NCBI GenBank assembly: GCA_965206745.1
Contig: OZ242220.1
Span: 352,001 to 416,000 of the forward strand
Length of the DNA stretch: 64,000 nucleotides
Direction of reading: 5' to 3'
From: Nitrosopumilus sp.
GTDB taxonomy: Archaea; Thermoproteota; Nitrososphaeria; Nitrososphaerales; Nitrosopumilaceae
Under the pieces are notes generated by a model. The model did no database searches, was not told where the DNA came from, and saw only the letters and a list, made by a program, of their open reading frames with translations. Positions 59,061 to 64,000 of this stretch are shown in pieces (the stretch's first letter is position 1; the number at the start of each line of letters is the position of its first letter). Made by a program: the position numbers and the translations under genes.

Positions 59061-59603
59061 ATGGAACCCTTTGACTCTTTTCTTATTTGGATTGCCGAGT
59101 TTCTAGGAGATCACCTCTATGAGGGAATCTTTCTGGCAGCCCTGCTTGAAACCATAATTCCGCCCATTCCAACACTTGCAGTGTTTCCGACTGCCGGATT
59201 TCTGGCATCCCAGCAGGGAATAACCCCCTTTGGCCTAATCCCGATGATCATCCTCGGCGCAGTCGGTGCGACCATTGGAACATCTGCAATCTATCTTGTG
59301 GCACTAAAACTGGGACGAGTCGTCCTGCTTCGCTACTTGAAGTATGTCAAGATAAGTGAAAAGAAGCTAGAGCGCGTTGAGGTCTGGTTTGAAAAGCATG
59401 GTGACAAGGCGGTATTCTTGGGCAGGATGATTCCCGTGATGAGGGAGCTGATCTCAGTTCCTGCCGGACTGCTAAAGATGAGAATTCCAAAGTTCGTGCT
59501 GTACACGTTTGCCGGTTCCTGCATCTGGTCTGCTGCAACCATTCTGTCGGGATATTATTTCGGCGAGGCAATCGGCCTCAGTGTCGTGCCGGCACTGTCA
59601 TAA
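59061..59603 (+). CDS. DedA family membrane protein
   Basis: LETIIPPIP, WFEKHG, FLGRMIPVMRELISVPAG. Confidence 0.92.
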   Translation: MEPFDSFLIWIAEFLGDHLYEGIFLAALLETIIPPIPTLAVFPTAGFLASQQGITPFGLIPMIILGAVGATIGTSAIYLVALKLGRVVLLRYLKYVKISEKKLERVEVWFEKHGDKAVFLGRMIPVMRELISVPAGLLKMRIPKFVLYTFAGSCIWSAATILSGYYFGEAIGLSVVPALS

Positions 59604-59653
59604 ATGCCAAAAATAAAATGTATCCTGCAAGGTACTGCCGGCAACTAGTGCCC

Positions 59654-60445
59654 CTAAAACCCACCAAGTGTCTTTTGCCTCTTTTCATCCCAGAACAACT
59701 CTCGCATTCCAAGCCGCATTCTCAGCGAGTTTGCAGTGTGCGGACCAAACCCCTCAAAGTGGTTGTTTGCCATTACCATTGCCAATGGGATGTCCCTGAT
59801 ACCCTCGAGTCTCTCTGCCCAACCTGCAATTGCATCATCCTTGTTCTTTGAGACCCTGCCAAACTCTGAATCTGGAATGGAGCGATCCCCAATCAGTCTG
59901 ATGTACAGATAGTCCGAGGTAATCGGCATCGAATTGTTCACCCCTGCAACCTCGTTCCAGACAAGGCAGTGCCTGTTCTGCCTCAGATATGTCGCTGCCT
60001 CGTCTGTAAACCATGACTCGTGCCTTCCCTCAATGGGGCATGTCAGGTCATCTGGAAGCAGATCAAAGAGTTCCCCCAGCCTCGGTCTTGCCTCCTCAAA
60101 TGACAGTGACGGCGGCAGCTGTAACACCAGTGCTGAGATCTTTTCATAAATTGGGGCAAGTGATGCCAGAAATGCAAAGACCTCCGAGTTTACCTTCTCG
60201 AGTCTCTTCTCATGCGTGATTAATGATGGGAACTTTGCCGTAAATCTAAAATGCCTCGGGGTGTCTGCATTCCACCGCCGCACTATCTCCTGTGCAGGAA
60301 CCCTGTAAAATGTAGAGTTTATCTCTGTGATATCAAACAGCTGGGAATAGTACTTGAGCCATTGGGAGCTTTTAAGGTTCCTGGGGTAAAATGTGCCAGA
60401 CCACCCCTGATAGCTCCATCCCGTACAGCCTATCTTGACATTCAT
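59654..60445 (-). CDS. DUF72 family protein
   Basis: IGCTGWSY, EINSTFY, LQLPPS, EGRHESW, NNHFEG. Confidence 0.92.
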   Translation of the reverse strand: MNVKIGCTGWSYQGWSGTFYPRNLKSSQWLKYYSQLFDITEINSTFYRVPAQEIVRRWNADTPRHFRFTAKFPSLITHEKRLEKVNSEVFAFLASLAPIYEKISALVLQLPPSLSFEEARPRLGELFDLLPDDLTCPIEGRHESWFTDEAATYLRQNRHCLVWNEVAGVNNSMPITSDYLYIRLIGDRSIPDSEFGRVSKNKDDAIAGWAERLEGIRDIPLAMVMANNHFEGFGPHTANSLRMRLGMRELFWDEKRQKTLGGF

Positions 60446-60999
60446 TGCAACTGTTACGCTGAAGGGTGTTTTTACAATTAAGGCTAACTGATTTTAAAAA
60501 AATTGGAACTTGAGACCAACAACGGTTAGTTACTTGGTGAGAGTTCCAACTAAACATGATTGGGTGAATCATGTATTTAGATCATACTGATGAATTCTAC
60601 GCCTCAGTTATATGCAGATCCGGTGTATGCAAGACTATTTTGTAAAATAAGAAACGAGGATAGTGAAAAGCCATGAATTTCCATCCTTTTCATGTCTTTT
60701 CCTATCTGCCTGCTTCCTCAAAGATCATTCTCTGAATTTCAGCAGGTATGACAGCCTCGTCAGTTATAGTACGATGGTATGGAATTAAAGTGGTTCTAGT
60801 ATAATCCCTTAAATTTATCCAGAAATACGGTACAATATTCACAGATTTACAGATTTCCAATGATCTGATTTATTATTTAATGAGGCCTACTATACCTGAA
60901 GACAGAGCATCTAGGATATCTGATATCCTATTGTCGTGTTACATGCCAACGCCTACTGCTTGGCATCGTAAAGGATGACCCGCAGAAGGCATCTGTCTT

Positions 61000-61656
61000 C
61001 TATTCTGTTAACTTTTTTGCCTTTGCAAAGACTGCAGACCATTGGCTCCAGGTAAGCCTGCCTGTCTGCGTGTTCTGCCTTGAGGGGTGGTATGATGTCA
61101 GAATTTTAAACCCATCATATTTGTACAGTATGTTGTGTCCGAACTTTTCTGGCCTGACACCGTACAGTCTGCATGCTGCATCGTATCCTATCCTTCCAAG
61201 GCAGAGAACCACTGTGACATTTCTTAGAATCTCCTTCTCCTGCTGCAGATAGCCAAAGCAGGTGTCCATCTCCATGCGTGTCGGTTTGTTCTGAGGTGGC
61301 GCGCATCTGACTGCCGCTGTAATGTATGCGTTGTGTAATACCATTGCATCATCTGCACTCTGACTGGCAGGCATTGATGCAAATCCGTACCTGTGCATTA
61401 CCTTGAATAGCCAGTCCCCAGACGAGTCCCCTGTAAACATTCTCCCCGTCCTGTTCCCACCATGAGCTGCAGGTGCCAGCCCTACCACCAGTAGTCTTGC
61501 GTTGATGTCACCAAACCCTGAAAGCGGCCTGCCATGGTATTTCTCATCCTTGAACCTTCTCACCTTGTCTCTTGCAACATCCCTGATGTATTCTGACAAC
61601 CTTGGACATTTCTTGCAGCCGGCAATTCTTTTGTTCAGGGACTGTATAGTCTTCAA
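61000..61656 (-). CDS. Uracil-DNA glycosylase, family 5 (UdgB-like, Fe-S)
   Basis: CKKCPRL, VGLAPAAHGGNRTGRMFTGD, YHPSRQNT. Confidence 0.92.
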   Translation of the reverse strand: MKTIQSLNKRIAGCKKCPRLSEYIRDVARDKVRRFKDEKYHGRPLSGFGDINARLLVVGLAPAAHGGNRTGRMFTGDSSGDWLFKVMHRYGFASMPASQSADDAMVLHNAYITAAVRCAPPQNKPTRMEMDTCFGYLQQEKEILRNVTVVLCLGRIGYDAACRLYGVRPEKFGHNILYKYDGFKILTSYHPSRQNTQTGRLTWSQWSAVFAKAKKLTE

Positions 61657-61659
61657 ATC

Positions 61660-62274
61660 TCACCTCGGGAACCTGTCTGCAAAGACTATCTCATCTAATG
61701 GCAGCTGCCCGCCGCGCAACATTGCAGGCTTTGCCTGCCTTCCCACTGCAATGAGCATCGAGATTATGTGATTTTTTGGAAGCCTGATGGTATCAGCCAC
61801 CTTCTGGGGATCAAAGCCTATCATCGGATTAGAGTCATATCCCATCGACTTTGCAGCAAGCATTATGGTCTGGGCTGCAATCCCGCAGGACCTGACTGCC
61901 TCGTCTCTTTGCAGCTGCTCTTTTCCCTCGTAAAACTGACCCATTGCAGGTACCATCTGGTCCCGTGTCTCCTTCGGCGCGTTCTTCCAGTACCTGGCAG
62001 GATCATCCTTCCATGCCTTTAGGTCCGCACAGAGCACTATGAGCAGTGAGGCATCAGTTACTTGGGCCTGGCCCCACGATGCGGCACGAATCTGTTCCCT
62101 GATTTTGGGATCCTTGACTAGGACAAACCTCCAGTTCTGCATGTTAAACGAGGTAGGTGACAGTACTGCTAGTGACATTAGCTGGTTAATCTCACCATCT
62201 GTAAATCTGTGATCCGTATCATAGTGTTTTACCGAGCGGCGCTCCCTGATTGCATCAAATGTATCCATGGACAT
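61660..62274 (-). CDS. Nitroreductase family protein
   Basis: RRSVKHY, SPTSFNMQNWRF, GYDSNPMIGFD. Confidence 0.92.
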   Translation of the reverse strand: MSMDTFDAIRERRSVKHYDTDHRFTDGEINQLMSLAVLSPTSFNMQNWRFVLVKDPKIREQIRAASWGQAQVTDASLLIVLCADLKAWKDDPARYWKNAPKETRDQMVPAMGQFYEGKEQLQRDEAVRSCGIAAQTIMLAAKSMGYDSNPMIGFDPQKVADTIRLPKNHIISMLIAVGRQAKPAMLRGGQLPLDEIVFADRFPR

Positions 62275-62405
62275 TCTGCCTGAATCTCTGTATTTATCTA
62301 TTTGAGAAATTTGGATACGGTTCTATCTCCTTTAGTTTTAATTCTTCATTACAGCTTGAACAAATTCATCTTACAGAATTCTTCTCTTTGTATTTATCAC
62401 CTAAC

Positions 62406-63473
62406 TCATTCAATATTTTCAACTAAAATCCAAGTTCTCTTCAAAGGCATCTCTATCTTTAATTCATCGCTGAATTTTTCATAATGCTTCATTGTCTCTT
62501 TAACTATCTCGTCTTCTCGCCACAACCTTGTAGAAAAATATGATGTCTTTATTTCTTGTTCTGCTTTACTGGTGATTCCACCCCATGCAACCAATAGACC
62601 ATAATCAGCTTTGTAACGATTTACAACTCCTTCTATCTCTCGCACTATCCTTACATCCGATGGACTTTCAGAAGACTTTACTTGTACACATATTCTTGGA
62701 CTCTCAAGTCCCAGTGGTCCTGAACCTGCAAGGATGTCTACCCCGCCGTCAGGTCCTGGTGGTGAAACCTTTGTAACAAATCCCTTTGCAACCAGTATCT
62801 CATTGACAAGATCTGTAAGCTTGTGTCCCTTGAAATTTATCTTGATATGCTTTGTAATCTGATCTAGCATGATTTGTTCATAGTCAGTTGACACATCTGC
62901 ATCTTCTTCTTGAATGTTTGTAGAGTCAGATTCATTTTTACCAAGCATTTTTCTGACGCGATTCTCTGCATCTTCTTCTTGAATGTTTGTAGAGTCAGAT
63001 TCATTTTTACCAAGCATTTTTCTGACGCGATTCTCTGCATCTTCAGCTTTGACCTTTCCTATGGTCAGATATGCTCCTAAAGAATACAGAATATCTTGAT
63101 CAAAATGCGAACGAGGAATGGTTTTTATCCATTTGACTGTTCTTTGGTGTCTTTTTGCCTTGTCATCTTGTACAAATTGATAATTTCCTGTAGCTTCTCC
63201 TAGTGCAATCAAGCGTTGTGATTTTAACGGCAATGCAATCAAATCCCCAACTTCTATTCTGTTTGAGAAAGACCAGATTTGTCCAACTTGGTTTGCCATT
63301 CTTGCTTTTACATCTGTGGAATAAATGTCTTGATAGATTTTTTTTAATTCGTCTTTGGTTTTAACGTTGGACAGATCTGGTAATTCATTCCATCCAAAGC
63401 TTATGATATTATTATCTAGAAACTGTTGTTCAAACTCTCCTCTTTTTCCTGCCCTTATTAACCAAAAAGTCAT
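62406..63473 (-). CDS. Mrr-family (type IV) restriction endonuclease
   Basis: N-terminal WLIRAG domain; GPDGGVDILA...VQVK (Mrr_cat D-x(n)-QxK). Confidence 0.88.
   Translation of the reverse strand: MTFWLIRAGKRGEFEQQFLDNNIISFGWNELPDLSNVKTKDELKKIYQDIYSTDVKARMANQVGQIWSFSNRIEVGDLIALPLKSQRLIALGEATGNYQFVQDDKAKRHQRTVKWIKTIPRSHFDQDILYSLGAYLTIGKVKAEDAENRVRKMLGKNESDSTNIQEEDAENRVRKMLGKNESDSTNIQEEDADVSTDYEQIMLDQITKHIKINFKGHKLTDLVNEILVAKGFVTKVSPPGPDGGVDILAGSGPLGLESPRICVQVKSSESPSDVRIVREIEGVVNRYKADYGLLVAWGGITSKAEQEIKTSYFSTRLWREDEIVKETMKHYEKFSDELKIEMPLKRTWILVENIE
62896..63044. repeat. Perfect 69-bp tandem duplication (2 units plus 11-bp microhomology) inside the Mrr gene
   Basis: tctgcatcttc begins at 62896, 62965 and 63034; the peptide EDAENRVRKMLGKNESDSTNIQE occurs twice. 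Confidence 0.95.
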
Positions 63474-63774
63474 TTCCTTTTTTCCTGTATGGCAGATATC
63501 TTTAATGACATAGAAACTTGTCTGGTTTTTTCATATTTAATTATTTCATATTGATCGGCATATTGTGGAATATGAAAAGTAGCATGTACCAAAAATATGC
63601 ATCAAAAACAACCGCGCAGGACCCCAAGGCAATCACCAATAATACCATAACTGCCCCAAGTCGGCTTGTACCCCATGGCTTTTGCAGGTCTTGAGCTTGA
63701 ACTGTACAAAGATTGTGACTGGCATTCCACATATGCGGACATAACCTGTTTCCACCTATTCTAGTTCAGACGAC

Positions 63775-64000
63775 TCACGCCGGCTTTATCAGATAACCAC
63801 GCTGAACTAACTTGTCCACTGAATCAGGAAAGACGAGAACTGCCTTGCCATGCAAGTTAATCCACCCTTCATGTGTTCTCTCACCTGTGGATTCATAATC
63901 TGCAGGAAACAGCACGATGTTGATCTCACCGCCTATCATGCTTCGTATCCTTTCAAAGTGTCCTGGCACCAAATCTGGTGCAAAGTATGAGGGATCAATT
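63775..64000 (-). CDS. 3' end of a hypothetical gene running off the window
   Basis: Open frame to the window edge (...IDPSYFAPDLVPGHFERIRSM...GYLIKPA). Confidence 0.5.
   Translation of the reverse strand, partial: IDPSYFAPDLVPGHFERIRSMIGGEINIVLFPADYESTGERTHEGWINLHGKAVLVFPDSVDKLVQRGYLIKPA

Noticed and set aside
60898-61000. Short inverted repeats (GAAGACAGA/TCTGTCTTC and ATGCCAA/TTGGCAT) as a possible MITE
   Set aside because: Only 7-9 bp, no target-site duplication and no second copy in the window
63541-63732. 63-aa ORF with one hydrophobic stretch upstream of mrr
   Set aside because: Short, weak start and no recognisable family; cannot be supported

Overview
Chromosomal segment of an ammonia-oxidising archaeon (Nitrosopumilaceae-like Thaumarchaeota). 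Core genes are amoC, amoX, amoA, sdhACDB, argH, rpiA, purU, glmM, the rpl7ae-rps28e-rpl24e-ndk-aIF5B cluster, alba, lsm-rpl37e and archease, plus four tRNAs: Thr-GGT, a two-intron Leu-TAA, an atypical Ala-CGC and Leu-TAG. The accessory DNA contains four large repeat-built surface proteins (HYR/FN3, cadherin-like Ig, NHL/FN3), toxin-antitoxin genes, Dam and Mrr genes and decayed spacers, which suggests (inference only) a host-associated lineage. The most notable region is about 19 kb between argH and the 3' end of tRNA-Ala. It holds a 2972-aa Ig-repeat adhesin followed by a compact type IV secretion-like module: a VirB4 ATPase, PrgI/VirB3-like and VirB6/TrbL-like membrane proteins, and a two-helix pilin/spindle-virus-capsid-like protein. 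The module also has three leaderless archaeal type IV pilin-like proteins, a strongly diverged TATA-binding protein paralog and a tandem PH-like protein. I see no relaxase, coupling protein, VirB11/PilB, integrase or att repeat. It is a candidate domesticated DNA-exchange or secretion system analogous to crenarchaeal Ced/Ted. All family calls come from motif recognition by eye; no database searches were run.
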